Part shown: positions 36,004-45,684 of the stretch, one piece after another
How the letters are laid out: every line of letters begins with the position of its first letter
How positions within the stretch are numbered: position 1 is the first letter of the stretch
Source: an uncultured Azohydromonas sp.
GTDB taxonomy: Bacteria; Pseudomonadota; Gammaproteobacteria; Burkholderiales; Burkholderiaceae_C
Assembly: GCF_937926365.1 (NCBI RefSeq)
Contig: NZ_CALAOH010000127.1
Location: 4,560-68,559 of the forward strand
Direction: 5' to 3'
DNA length: 64,000 bases
The notes under the pieces: generated by a model
What the model saw: only the letters and a program-made list of their open reading frames with translations
The model's database searches: none
Told to the model about the DNA's origin: nothing
Translations under genes and position numbers: made by a program

Positions 36004-36780
36004 ATGTTCAGCCGTCTGCGTGAAACCATCTCCTGCATCCGGGAGCGCGACCCTGCCGCGCGCTCCAACTGGGAGGTGCTCACCTGTTATCCGGGCGTGC
36101 ACGCGCTGATGTTTCACCAGGTCTCGCACTGGTGCTGGCAGCGCGAGCTGCGCTGGCTGGGACGCTTCGTTTCGCACCTGGGGCGCTTCTTCACCGGCAT
36201 CGAGATCCACCCGGGCGCAAGGATCGGCCGGCGCGTGTTCATCGACCACGGCATGGGCGTGGTCATCGGCGAGACGGCCGAGATCGGCGACGGCTGCACC
36301 ATCTACCAGGGCGTGACGCTGGGCGGCACCTCGCTCACGCGCGGCTCCAAGCGGCATCCGACGCTGGAAGCGGGCGTGATCGTGGGCGCCAATGCGCAGG
36401 TGCTGGGCGGCTTCACGGTGGGAGCGGGCGCGCGCATCGGCTCCGGCGCCGTGGTGGTCAAGCCAGTGCCCCCAGGCGCCACGGCCGTGGGCAACCCGGC
36501 GCGTGTGATCCAGGCCGAGGCCGAGGCCGCGCGCGAAGCCGCTGCGGCCAAGATGGGCTTCTCGGCCTATGGCGTGACGCAGGGCGACGACCCGGTGGCG
36601 CAGGCGATGAAGGGCCTGATCGACAACGCCTCCAGCCACGAGCACCAGATCGCGTTGCTATGGCATGCGATTGAAAAACTCTCCGCCCGCGCTCGCGAGC
36701 TGCCGGCGGATGAGCTGCCCGCCGACGCTCACACCACCGAGCAGTTCGACGCGGAGCGGCTGAACCGGCTGGTGAAGTAA
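36004..36780 (+). CDS. cysE: Serine O-acetyltransferase
   Basis: [39 protein letters not shown]. Confidence 0.96.
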   Translation: MFSRLRETISCIRERDPAARSNWEVLTCYPGVHALMFHQVSHWCWQRELRWLGRFVSHLGRFFTGIEIHPGARIGRRVFIDHGMGVVIGETAEIGDGCTIYQGVTLGGTSLTRGSKRHPTLEAGVIVGANAQVLGGFTVGAGARIGSGAVVVKPVPPGATAVGNPARVIQAEAEAAREAAAAKMGFSAYGVTQGDDPVAQAMKGLIDNASSHEHQIALLWHAIEKLSARARELPADELPADAHTTEQFDAERLNRLVK

Positions 36781-36804
36781 GGCTCCGAGTTCGCTTCCTT
36801 ATTT

Positions 36805-36899
36805 CCGTTCGCCCTGAGGTATCGAAGGGTGAACGGCCCTGGCCGTGGTGCCGCCATTGCAGCCTGTCGGATTCGCACTTCGATACCTCAGTGCGAACG
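36805..36899. repeat. Inverted pair of CGTTCG-type REP-like units
   Basis: ccgttcgccctgaggtatcgaaggg (36805-36829) versus cacttcgatacctcagtgcgaacg (36876-36899). Confidence 0.8.
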
Positions 36900-36940
36900 A
36901 GTCCTTCCACGAGCGAAGGGAAATTGGAATCAAGCCAAGC

Positions 36941-36965
36941 AAACGGCGCCCGAGGGCGCCGTTTT
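36941..36965. terminator. Bidirectional terminator between cysE and mog
   Basis: AAACGGCGCC-cgag-GGCGCCGTTTT. Confidence 0.75.
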
Positions 36966-36984
36966 CACGTCAGAGAAGACCGAT

Positions 36985-37593
36985 TCAGCCCTTGGCCGGC
37001 CGTATCGCCGACTTCGGCCGGAACGCCTTGCACACCGCCGCATCGGTCTCGATGTACGGCCCGCCGATGAGGTCGATGCAGTAGGGCACCGCGGCGAAGA
37101 TGCCCGGGGCCGGCGGCGTCGCGCTGGGCAGGCCTTCCAGCGTCTCGGCGATGGCCTTGGGCTGCCCCGGCAGGTTGATGATCAGCGCCTTGCCGCGGAT
37201 CACCGCCACCTGGCGCGAGAGGATGGCCGTGGGCACGAAGCGCAGGCTGATCTGGCGCATCTGCTCGCCGAAGCCCGGCATCTCCTTGTGCGCCACCGCC
37301 AGCGTGGCTTCAGGCGTGACGTCGCGCGGCGCGGGGCCGGTGCCGCCGGTGGTCAGCACCAGGTCGCAGCCCTCGTCGTCCACCAGCGCGCGCAGCGCGG
37401 CGCTGATGCCTTGCTGCTCGTCGGGGATCAGCCGCTCCACCCACTGCACCGGGTTGCGCACGGCGCGCGTGAGCCACTCGCGCAGCGCGGGCAGGCCCTG
37501 GTCTTGATACACGCCGGCGCTGGCGCGGTCGCTGATGGACACCAGTCCGATGCGCACGGCATCGAATTCGTTGCTTTTGGCTTCTTCACTCAT
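36985..37593 (-). CDS. mog: Molybdopterin adenylyltransferase
   Basis: SISDRAS, LIPDE, TTGGTGPAPRDVTPEAT, LSRQ, NLPGQPKA. Confidence 0.95.
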   Translation of the reverse strand: MSEEAKSNEFDAVRIGLVSISDRASAGVYQDQGLPALREWLTRAVRNPVQWVERLIPDEQQGISAALRALVDDEGCDLVLTTGGTGPAPRDVTPEATLAVAHKEMPGFGEQMRQISLRFVPTAILSRQVAVIRGKALIINLPGQPKAIAETLEGLPSATPPAPGIFAAVPYCIDLIGGPYIETDAAVCKAFRPKSAIRPAKG

Positions 37594-38119
37594 CGTCGCG
37601 CAGCTCCGCTTTGATGAACTGGAACAGCTCGCGCCAGGCGCGGCCGTGGCGTTGCTCGGGGGCGGTGGCGGCGTCCTTCTGCGCGGTGCGGATGAGGCTG
37701 CGCAGCCGCTGCACGTCGCTGTCAGGATGCGTGCGCATCCAGCGCGTGACGGCCTCGGGGTCCGCGGCCAGCTCCTCGCGCCAGCGCTCGGCGCGGTGCA
37801 GCTTCACCGCGTCCTGCGCGTGGCCGAGCTTGAAGGCGGCCACCGCCTCGCGCAGCGGCTCCACGTCGGCCGAGCGCATGAGCTTGCCCACGTACTGCAG
37901 CTGGCGCCGGCGGCCCTCGTGGGACTTGGTCTTCTTGAGCTCCTTGAGCGCGGTGAGCAGCCCTTCCTCCATCGGGATGGCGGCCAGCCGCGTGTCGGGC
38001 AGCTCTACGAGCTCCTGGCCGAGCTTCTGCAGCTCGTGGGCCTCGCGTTTCAGAGCGGACTTGCTGGGCCTTTCGGCCCCGCCCTCATCGGGCAGGAAAT
38101 CGGATTCAGGGATGGACAT
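37586..38119 (-). CDS. yjgA: Ribosome biogenesis factor YjgA (DUF615)
   Basis: SKSALKRE, LQKLGQEL, RRRQLQYVGKLMR, ERWRE; divergent from pmbA. Confidence 0.93.
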   Translation of the reverse strand: MSIPESDFLPDEGGAERPSKSALKREAHELQKLGQELVELPDTRLAAIPMEEGLLTALKELKKTKSHEGRRRQLQYVGKLMRSADVEPLREAVAAFKLGHAQDAVKLHRAERWREELAADPEAVTRWMRTHPDSDVQRLRSLIRTAQKDAATAPEQRHGRAWRELFQFIKAELRDDE

Positions 38120-38184
38120 GGCGATTCAAATGCGCTGGGTATGATAGCCCTCGCCCCTAGCCATCCTCCCGAAGCACCCTCCTC

Positions 38185-39555
38185 ATGACCCGTTCCAACG
38201 CACCGGTTTTCGCCTACACGCGCGAGCAGTTCGAGCAGATCGTCGATGACGCCCTCGCGCTTGCCAAGAAACTCGGGGCCAGCGACGCCGGCGTGGAAGT
38301 TTCCGAGGGCGTGGGCCTGTCGGTGTCGGTGCGCAAGGGCGAGCTGGAGAACGTCGAGCGCAACCGCGACAAGTCGGTGGGCATCAGCGTCTACATCGGC
38401 CAGCGCCGCGGCAACGCCAGCACCTCCGACTTCTCGCCCGCCGCGCTGGAGCAGACTGTGCGCGCGGCCTTCGACATCGCCCGCTTCACCGCCGAGGACC
38501 CGGCCGCCGGGCTGCCCGACGAGCAGGACCTGGTCGCGCCGGAAGACGCCAGGCGCGACCTGGACCTGTTCCACCCCTGGGACATCGATGCCGATGCCGC
38601 CGCCGAGCTCGCGCGCCGCTGCGAGCAGGCCGCCTTCGACACCGACCGCCGTATCACCAACTCCGAAGGCGCCGGCGTGTCGGCGCAGCAGGCGCACTTC
38701 CTGGCCGCCAACACGCGCGGCTTCAAGGGCGGCTACGCCAGCTCGCGGCACTCGCTGTCCGTCGCGCCCATCGCGGGCCGGGGCGAGAACATGCAGCGCG
38801 ACCACTGGTACACCTCCATGCGCAACGCCTCCGAGATGGCCAGCCCGGAGGCCGTGGGCCGCTATGCCGCCGAGCGCGCGCTCTCGCGCCTGAAGGCCCG
38901 CAAGATCGCCACCTGCGAGGTGCCGGTGCTGTTCGAGTCCACGCTGGCCTCGGGCCTGATCGGCGGCTATGTGCAGGCCACCAGCGGCGGCGCGCTCTAC
39001 CGCAAGGCTACGTTCCTGCACGACAGCCTGGGCCAGCAGACCATGGCCGAGCACCTGGACCTCGTGGAGGACCCGCACATCCCGCGCGGTAAGGGCAGCG
39101 CGCCCTTCGACGACGAGGGCGTGGCCACGCGCAAGCGCACCGTGGTCGAGGCCGGCGTGACCCGGGGCTACTTCCTCTCCAGCTACTCGGCGCGCAAGCT
39201 GGGCCTGCGCACCACCGGCCACGCCGGCGGCTCGCAGAACCTGCGCCTGTCCAGCCGCCTCACGCAGCCCGGCGACAACCTCGACGAAATGCTGCGCAAG
39301 CTCGGCCGCGGCCTGTTCGTGATCGAGCTGATGGGGCAGGGCGTCAACTTCGTCACCGGCGACTACTCGCGCGGCGCTACCGGCTTCTGGGTCGAGGGCG
39401 GGCGCATCGTGCACCCGGTGCAGGAGATCACCATCGCCGGCAACCTGGGCCAGATGTTCAAGCAGATCGTGGCCGTGGGGGCCGACGAGTACACCATGGG
39501 CAGCAAGACGACCGGCTCGGTGCTGATCGAGCGCATGAAGGTCGCCGGCCTCTGA
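38185..39555 (+). CDS. pmbA: Metalloprotease modulator PmbA/TldE
   Basis: GLSVSVRKGELENVE, SAPFDDEG, GDYSRGATGFWVE, EITIAGNL. Confidence 0.95.
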   Translation: MTRSNAPVFAYTREQFEQIVDDALALAKKLGASDAGVEVSEGVGLSVSVRKGELENVERNRDKSVGISVYIGQRRGNASTSDFSPAALEQTVRAAFDIARFTAEDPAAGLPDEQDLVAPEDARRDLDLFHPWDIDADAAAELARRCEQAAFDTDRRITNSEGAGVSAQQAHFLAANTRGFKGGYASSRHSLSVAPIAGRGENMQRDHWYTSMRNASEMASPEAVGRYAAERALSRLKARKIATCEVPVLFESTLASGLIGGYVQATSGGALYRKATFLHDSLGQQTMAEHLDLVEDPHIPRGKGSAPFDDEGVATRKRTVVEAGVTRGYFLSSYSARKLGLRTTGHAGGSQNLRLSSRLTQPGDNLDEMLRKLGRGLFVIELMGQGVNFVTGDYSRGATGFWVEGGRIVHPVQEITIAGNLGQMFKQIVAVGADEYTMGSKTTGSVLIERMKVAGL

Positions 39556-39694
39556 TCCCAGTCCCTGGGCGCGGCCCCGTGCGTCGCGCACGGGACCGTC
39601 GTGGCAACGGCGGAAGCATTTCGTTGCCGTCGTACACTCACCGGTTGCCTGACGGCAGCCTTGCAGCCGTCGCTAATTCACCGGTAGGACCCCC

Positions 39695-40834
39695 ATGAAA
39701 AAACTGCTCACCATCCTGAGTGCGGCCGTGGCCGCGACCGTGGCCCAGGCGGCCGACATCAAGGTCGGCGTGGCCGAGGCCCTGTCCGGCGGCGCGGCGC
39801 AGTACGGCGCGGCCATCCGCAACGGCTTCCAGCTCGCGGCCGACGAGATCAACGCCGCCGGCGGCATCAACGGCAACAAGATCGCGCTGGTGATTGAAGA
39901 CGAGCAGGGCAAGAAGGAAGAGGCGATCAACGTCTTCAAGAAGCTCATCTTCCAGGACCAGGTCCTGATGATCTTCGGCCCCACGCTGTCCAACTCCGCG
40001 CAGGCCGCCGACCCCATCGCCCAGGGTGCCAAGACCGTGGTGTTCGGCACCTCCAACACCGCCGACGGCATCACTTCCATCGGCGACTTCGTGTTCCGCA
40101 ACTCCGTCACCGAGGCCGACGTGCTGCCCGAGACGCTGAAGATGGCGGTCAAGAAGGCCGGCGTGAAGAAGGTGGCGGTGCTCTACGGCAACGACGACGT
40201 CTTCACCAAGAGCGGCTACGACAACTTCAAGAAGGCGCTGTCGGACCTGAAGATTCCCGTGACCACCACGGAGACCTTCGCCAAGGGCGACGTGGACTTC
40301 AAGGCCCAGCTCACCAAGATCAAGGCCACCAACCCCGACGCCATCGTGCTGTCGGCGCTGCTGGCCGAGGGCGCGCCGATCATGGTGCAGGCCCGCCAGC
40401 TGGGCCTGAACGTGCCCGTCATCGGCGGCAACGGCATGAACTCCGTGAAGGTGTTCGACCTGGCTAAGGACAAGGCCGAGGGCCTGTGGGTGGGCAGCCC
40501 CTGGTCGATCGAGAACCAGTCCGAAGCCAACCGCAAGTTCGTGGTGGCCTACACCGGCAAGTACAAGACCGCGCCGGACCAGTTCGCCGCCCAGGCCTAT
40601 GACGGCCTCTACATCGCCGCGCAGGCGATGAAGAAGGTCAAGCTCAGCGGCAACCTCCCCGCTGACCGCGTGGCGCTGCGCAACGCGCTGCCCGAGGTGA
40701 AGTGGAGCGGCGTCACCGGCGACTTCCAGTTCCGCCGCGCCACCGACAAGGCCGGCCGCCCGGCGGGCTACGACGCGCAGCAGACGGCCATCGTCAGCGT
40801 CACGCGCGGCGGCAAGTTCTCGATCGAGAAGTAA
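39695..40834 (+). CDS. HAAT (Liv-type) ABC substrate-binding protein
   Basis: Signal peptide, ALSGGAAQYG, INAAGGINGNKI, DFKAQLTKIK. Confidence 0.9.
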   Translation: MKKLLTILSAAVAATVAQAADIKVGVAEALSGGAAQYGAAIRNGFQLAADEINAAGGINGNKIALVIEDEQGKKEEAINVFKKLIFQDQVLMIFGPTLSNSAQAADPIAQGAKTVVFGTSNTADGITSIGDFVFRNSVTEADVLPETLKMAVKKAGVKKVAVLYGNDDVFTKSGYDNFKKALSDLKIPVTTTETFAKGDVDFKAQLTKIKATNPDAIVLSALLAEGAPIMVQARQLGLNVPVIGGNGMNSVKVFDLAKDKAEGLWVGSPWSIENQSEANRKFVVAYTGKYKTAPDQFAAQAYDGLYIAAQAMKKVKLSGNLPADRVALRNALPEVKWSGVTGDFQFRRATDKAGRPAGYDAQQTAIVSVTRGGKFSIEK

Positions 40835-40920
40835 GCCCGCGTCCTTTCCCGCTTTTCACCCTGAAGGCCGCGGCGCGCTGCAAGGCGCGCCGCGGTCGCT
40901 TTTCGTGGGGGAAGAACCTC

Positions 40921-41802
40921 ATGCTTGAACAGCAACTCATCAACGCGCTCTCGCTGGGCTGCGTGTATGCCCTGTTCGCGCTGGGCTTCACGCTGATCTT
41001 CGGCGTGCTCGGCGTGATCAACCTTGCCCATGGCGCCATGTTCACCGTCGGCGCCTACGCCGCGCTGGTGCTCGTGGAGCAGTGGAGCCTGCCGCTGTGG
41101 CTGTCGGCGCTGCTGGCCGCGCTGCTCAGCGGCATGTTCGGACTGCTCATCGACCGCCTGGTGCTGCGCCGGCTGCGCGAGAACAACGCGCCGCACCTGA
41201 TCCCGATGATCACCACCATCGGCATCGGCATCGCCGTCACCAGCACCATGCAGGGCGTCTTCGGCGCCGAGAACCGGCGCTTCCCGCAGGAGGTGGTGCC
41301 CGACGCCGCGCTGGACCTGGGCGGGCTGCATCTGACGGTGCTGGAGCTGGGGATCATCCTGCTCTCCTTCGCGCTGATGGCGGTGCTGCTGCTGGGCATC
41401 CAGCGCACGCAGCTCGGCCGCGCGCTGCGCGCCATCGCCGAGTCGCCCAGGGCGGCATGGCTGCTGGGCATCAACGTCGAAGGCCTGTTCATGCTGACCT
41501 CCTTCGTGGCGGCGGCGCTGGGCGGGCTGGCCGGGGTGCTGATTGGGCTCTCGTCCAACGCGGTGTTCCCGCTCATGGGCCAGCCGATGCTGCACAAGGG
41601 CATCGCCGTGATCATCCTGGGCGGCATGGGCGACATCCGCGGCGCGCTGCTCGGGGGCCTGTTCCTGGGCTTCGCGGAAGTGATGTCGGTGGCCTACATC
41701 GGCTCGACCATGCGCGACGCCGTGGCCTTCGGCCTCCTGTACCTGATCCTGCTGGTACGGCCCACGGGCCTGTTCGGCAAGCTGCAGCAGCGCAAGGCCT
41801 GA
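40921..41802 (+). CDS. livH: HAAT ABC permease (LivH-like)
   Basis: YALFALGFTLIFGVLGVINLAHG, GRALRA, ILGGMGDI. Confidence 0.88.
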   Translation: MLEQQLINALSLGCVYALFALGFTLIFGVLGVINLAHGAMFTVGAYAALVLVEQWSLPLWLSALLAALLSGMFGLLIDRLVLRRLRENNAPHLIPMITTIGIGIAVTSTMQGVFGAENRRFPQEVVPDAALDLGGLHLTVLELGIILLSFALMAVLLLGIQRTQLGRALRAIAESPRAAWLLGINVEGLFMLTSFVAAALGGLAGVLIGLSSNAVFPLMGQPMLHKGIAVIILGGMGDIRGALLGGLFLGFAEVMSVAYIGSTMRDAVAFGLLYLILLVRPTGLFGKLQQRKA

Positions 41803-41807
41803 GCCCC

Positions 41808-42662
41808 ATGGATGCTTTCGACAACTTCTGGGCCATCTACAGCAACCTGGTGCTCACGCTGGGCACCAACGCGCTGCTGGCGCTGTCCATCTACCTCACG
41901 CTGTCCTGCGGGCTGCTGGCCATGGCCAACGGCGCGTTCATGGGCATCGGCGCCTACACCGCGTCGCTGCTGAGCATGAACACCGCCACGCCGTTCCCGC
42001 TGGCGCTGCTGGCCGGCATGGCGGCGCCCTCGCTGGTGGCCTTCCTCATCGGCAAGCCCACGCTGCGGCTGTCGGGCGTGTACCTCGCCATGGCCACGCT
42101 GGGCTTCGGCGAGGTGGTGCGCATCCTCATCCTCAACACCGAAGACCTCACGGGCGGCGCGCTGGGCCTCAACGGCATTCCGCAGCTTACGCAGTGGTGG
42201 CACGTGCTGCTGGCGGTGGTGCTGGCGTTGTTCGTCCTGTGGCAGCTCAAGCGCACGCGCATCGGGCGGGCGTTCGAGGCGATCAAGGAGGACGAGACCG
42301 CCGCGGCGCTGATGGGCATCGACGTCGCCGCGCACAAGATGCTGGCCTTCGTGCTGGGCGCGGCGATCGCCGGGCTCGCCGGCGCGCTCAACGCTCATCT
42401 CACCTTCTTCATCGGCCCCAACGAATACGGCTTCGACCGCGGCGTGGAGATCCTGACCATGGCGATCCTGGGCGGCATCAACGGCCTCACCGGGCCGGTG
42501 CTGGGCGCGGTGATCCTGACGCTGCTGCCCGAGGTGCTGCGCGGGCTGCGGGATTTCCGCCTGGTGGTCAACGGCCTGATCCTGGTCGTGATCACGCTGT
42601 TCCTGCCGCGTGGCCTGTGGGACCCGATGCGCTTCCGCCGCCTGCTGGGCCGCAAGGATTGA
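41808..42662 (+). CDS. livM: HAAT ABC permease (LivM-like)
   Basis: RLSGVYLAMATLGFGEVV, GRAFEAIKEDE, LLPEVLR. Confidence 0.88.
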   Translation: MDAFDNFWAIYSNLVLTLGTNALLALSIYLTLSCGLLAMANGAFMGIGAYTASLLSMNTATPFPLALLAGMAAPSLVAFLIGKPTLRLSGVYLAMATLGFGEVVRILILNTEDLTGGALGLNGIPQLTQWWHVLLAVVLALFVLWQLKRTRIGRAFEAIKEDETAAALMGIDVAAHKMLAFVLGAAIAGLAGALNAHLTFFIGPNEYGFDRGVEILTMAILGGINGLTGPVLGAVILTLLPEVLRGLRDFRLVVNGLILVVITLFLPRGLWDPMRFRRLLGRKD

Positions 42663-42666
42663 CGCC

Positions 42667-43473
42667 ATGCTCAAGCTCGCCAACGTTTCCATGCGCTTCG
42701 GCGGCCTGCAGGTACTGCAGGACGTCAACATCGAGCTGCCCCCGGAGGGCAGCATCTTCGGCCTGATCGGCCCCAACGGCGCCGGCAAGACCACCGTCTT
42801 CAACCTCATCACCGGGCTGTTCCGGCCCACGGGCGGCGCCATCGAGTTCGGCGGCCAGAGCCTCGTGGGGCTGGCGCCGCACGAGGTCACGCGCCGCGGC
42901 ATCGCGCGCACCTTCCAGAACATCCGCGTGTTCAAAGAGATGAGCCTGCTGGACAACGTAGTGGTGGGCATGCACCGCCACCTGGGTTACGGCGCTCTGG
43001 GCACGCTGTTCTCCAGCGCCGGAGTCCGGGCAGCGGAGAAGCGCGCGCGCGAGCGCGCACTGGAACTGCTGAGCTGGGTGCGGCTGGACCACAAGGCCAG
43101 CTCGACGGCCGACAGCCTTTCCTACGGCGAGCAGCGCCGGCTGGAACTGGCGCGCGCGCTGGCCACCGAGCCCAAGCTGCTGCTGCTCGACGAGCCCGTG
43201 GCGGGCATGAACGCCAGCGAGAAGACGGATCTGATGCACGAGATCCGCAACATCCGCGGCCGCGGCTACGGCATCTTCATGATCGAGCACGACATGCGCT
43301 TCGTGATGGGGCTGTGCGAGCGCGTGGCGGTGCTGAACTTCGGCCGCATCATCTGCGACTCCACCCCCGACGTGGTGCAGCGCGACCCGCAGGTGATCGA
43401 GGCCTATCTCGGCCGTGACGAGGACCCGCTGCAGGACGCGGCGGCACACGGGGCACAGGGGGCAAAGGCATGA
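42667..43473 (+). CDS. livG: HAAT ABC ATPase (LivG-like)
   Basis: GPNGAGKTT, RTFQNIR, LSYGEQRRLE, LLDEP, VIEAYLG. Confidence 0.9.
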   Translation: MLKLANVSMRFGGLQVLQDVNIELPPEGSIFGLIGPNGAGKTTVFNLITGLFRPTGGAIEFGGQSLVGLAPHEVTRRGIARTFQNIRVFKEMSLLDNVVVGMHRHLGYGALGTLFSSAGVRAAEKRARERALELLSWVRLDHKASSTADSLSYGEQRRLELARALATEPKLLLLDEPVAGMNASEKTDLMHEIRNIRGRGYGIFMIEHDMRFVMGLCERVAVLNFGRIICDSTPDVVQRDPQVIEAYLGRDEDPLQDAAAHGAQGAKA

Positions 43474-44201
43474 GCACGACGACGACCACCGCCCCGCTGC
43501 TGCGCGTGGAGGGGCTGCAGGTGGCCTACGGCCACATCGAGGCCGTCAAGGGCGTGGATTTCGAGCTGCGCGAGGGCGAGATCACGGCACTCGTCGGGGC
43601 CAACGGCGCGGGCAAGTCCACCACGCTGATGGCGCTGTCGGGGCTGGTGAAACCCAAGGCCGGCCGCTTCCTGTTCGAGGGGCAGGACCTGGGCCAGTTG
43701 AAGCCGCACCAGCGCGTGGCGCGCGGCATCGTGCAAGTGGCCGAAGGCCGCGCGATGCTGACCCAGCTCACCGTGCGCGAGAACCTGGAGCTGGGCGCCT
43801 ATAGCCGCCCGGGCCGCAAGGCCAAGCCCGGCGAGATGGAGCGCATCTTCGAGCTGTTCCCGCGCCTGAAGGAGCGGCTGGACGGTTACGCCGGCAACCT
43901 CTCCGGCGGCGAACAACAAATGCTGGCCATTGGCCGCGCGCTCATGGCCAACCCGCGCGTGCTGCTGCTCGACGAACCCTCCATGGGCCTGGCGCCCATC
44001 GTGGTGCAGGAGATCTTCCGCACCCTGGTGAGCATCAACCGCACGGGGCTGACGATCCTGCTGGTGGAGCAGAACGTGCGCCAGGCGCTGCGCATCGCCA
44101 GCCAGGCCTACGTGCTGGAAACCGGCCGCATCGTGCTGCAGGGCAGCGGCCGCGCGCTGCTGGACGACCCGAAGGTGCAGGCGGCCTACCTGGGCGGCTG
44201 A
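43470..44201 (+). CDS. livF: HAAT ABC ATPase (LivF-like)
   Basis: GANGAGKST, FPRLKER, LSGGEQQMLA, LDEPSMGLAP, AYLGG. Confidence 0.9.
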   Translation: MSTTTTTAPLLRVEGLQVAYGHIEAVKGVDFELREGEITALVGANGAGKSTTLMALSGLVKPKAGRFLFEGQDLGQLKPHQRVARGIVQVAEGRAMLTQLTVRENLELGAYSRPGRKAKPGEMERIFELFPRLKERLDGYAGNLSGGEQQMLAIGRALMANPRVLLLDEPSMGLAPIVVQEIFRTLVSINRTGLTILLVEQNVRQALRIASQAYVLETGRIVLQGSGRALLDDPKVQAAYLGG

Positions 44202-44250
44202 GGCGCGAAGCGGTCGGGCGGGAACGCCGCCCGCTGTGACGCTCGAAAAT

Positions 44251-44276
44251 AAATAGCGGCCCGTAGGCCGCTATTT
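44251..44276. terminator. Bidirectional terminator
   Basis: AAATAGCGGCC-cgta-GGCCGCTATTT perfect stem between convergent genes. Confidence 0.8.
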
Positions 44277-44296
44277 CATTGGGAGGCCGGCTCTCT

Positions 44297-44656
44297 TCAG
44301 CCTTGCTGCTGCTGCGCCATCACGAAGAGCTTGGTGCTGCGCGTGCCGGTGCGGCAAAACGCCAGCACGGGTTTGGGCAGCTCCTGCAGCAACTTGGCGA
44401 AGGCCGCGGCCTCTTCCGGGGACTGGTAGCCCGGCGCCACCGGCAGGTGGCGGTACTCCAGCCCGGCGGCGAGGGCGGCCGTCTCGATGGCGCTGCTGGT
44501 GGGCTGGTCGGGACCGCCTTCGAAGTCAGGGCGGTTGTTGATCACGCTGCGGAAGCCCGCGCGCGCGACCTCGGCCATCGCCTCGGGCGGGAGCTGGGGT
44601 GCCACGCACACCTCGTCGGTGAGCGGGCGCAGTTGGATTTCGGTGGGGGTGCTCAT
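44297..44656 (-). CDS. TIGR01244/DUF442 PTP-like sulfur transferase
   Basis: GFRSVINNRPDFE, PVLAFCRTGTRS (CX5R loop). Confidence 0.9.
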   Translation of the reverse strand: MSTPTEIQLRPLTDEVCVAPQLPPEAMAEVARAGFRSVINNRPDFEGGPDQPTSSAIETAALAAGLEYRHLPVAPGYQSPEEAAAFAKLLQELPKPVLAFCRTGTRSTKLFVMAQQQQG

Positions 44657-44665
44657 GGCGCCAGC

Positions 44666-45112
44666 TTAGCGGCTGAGCGCGGCCTTCACGGCGGCGGACA
44701 CCAGCGCCATCTCGGCCTTGCCGGCGAGCTTGGCCTTGGCCGCGCCCATCACCTTGCCCATGTCGCCGGGGCCGGCGGCGCCCATCTCGGCCACCAGCGC
44801 GTCCACCTCGGCCTGCACCTCCTCCTGCGACAGGCGCTGCGGCAGGTAGCCTTGCAGCACCTGCATTTCCGCGGCCTCGATGTCGGCCAGGTCCTGGCGG
44901 GCGGCTTGGGTGTAGGCCGCGATGGAGTCCTTGCGCTGCTTGACCAGCTTGTCCACCACCGACACCACTTGCGCATCATCCAGCGTGATGCGCTCGTCCA
45001 CTTCCTTCTGCTTGATCGCCGCCAGCAGCAGCCGGATGGTGGACAGCCGCGCCGTGTCCTTGGCACGCATGGCGGACTTCATGTCCTCGGTGATCTGGTC
45101 CTTCAGGCCCAT
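44666..45112 (-). CDS. GatB/YqeY domain protein
   Basis: LKDQITEDMKSAMRAKD, KQRKDSI, YLPQRLS, DMGKVMG; follows rpsU. Confidence 0.93.
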   Translation of the reverse strand: MGLKDQITEDMKSAMRAKDTARLSTIRLLLAAIKQKEVDERITLDDAQVVSVVDKLVKQRKDSIAAYTQAARQDLADIEAAEMQVLQGYLPQRLSQEEVQAEVDALVAEMGAAGPGDMGKVMGAAKAKLAGKAEMALVSAAVKAALSR

Positions 45113-45144
45113 CGTCATTTCTCCAATTCCAGTTCCAGAAATGC

Positions 45145-45175
45145 AAAAGCCCGCGACGGCGTCCCGCGCGGGCTT
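45145..45175 (-). terminator. Likely terminator/attenuator between rpsU and the YqeY gene
   Basis: Minus strand AAGCCCGCG...CGCGGGCTTTT. Confidence 0.6.
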
Positions 45176-45218
45176 GACTGTCAGAAGCAGTTCGAGCGCG
45201 AGGCTCGCGCCGAATCGA

Positions 45219-45431
45219 TCAGTACAGCTTCTTCGGCAGCTGCATGCTGCGCACGCGCTTGTAGTGGCGCTTGACGGCGGCAGCCTTCTTGCGCTTGCGC
45301 TCGGCAGTGGGCTTCTCGTAGAACTCGCGCGCACGCAGCTCGGTCAACAGGCCCAGCTTCTCAATGGTGCGCTTGAAGCGGCGCAGGGCCACATCGAACG
45401 GCTCGTTCTCTTTGACGCGAATCGTGGTCAT
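45219..45431 (-). CDS. rpsU: 30S ribosomal protein S21
   Basis: [32 protein letters not shown]. Confidence 0.99.
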
Positions 45432-45684
45432 GAAAGGGGATGTCCTTCAGTAGTTGCGCTCGGTGTCCGGCGCCGGAGTTTTCCGGATGTCCGTGGGCCA
45501 GATCGACACGCGGGTTTGCCAGCAAAACGCGGAGTATAACCTACGCGAATCAGTGCTCCGCAAGCTGTCGTGCATCAAGACCTGCAGAAACCGCCGTCCG
45601 CGCAAGTATCCGGACCGGTGATGACGGGCGCGGGGTGTTGTGGATCAGGCCCGGGCCACGGCAGCCCGCCGCTGGCGCGCGGCT

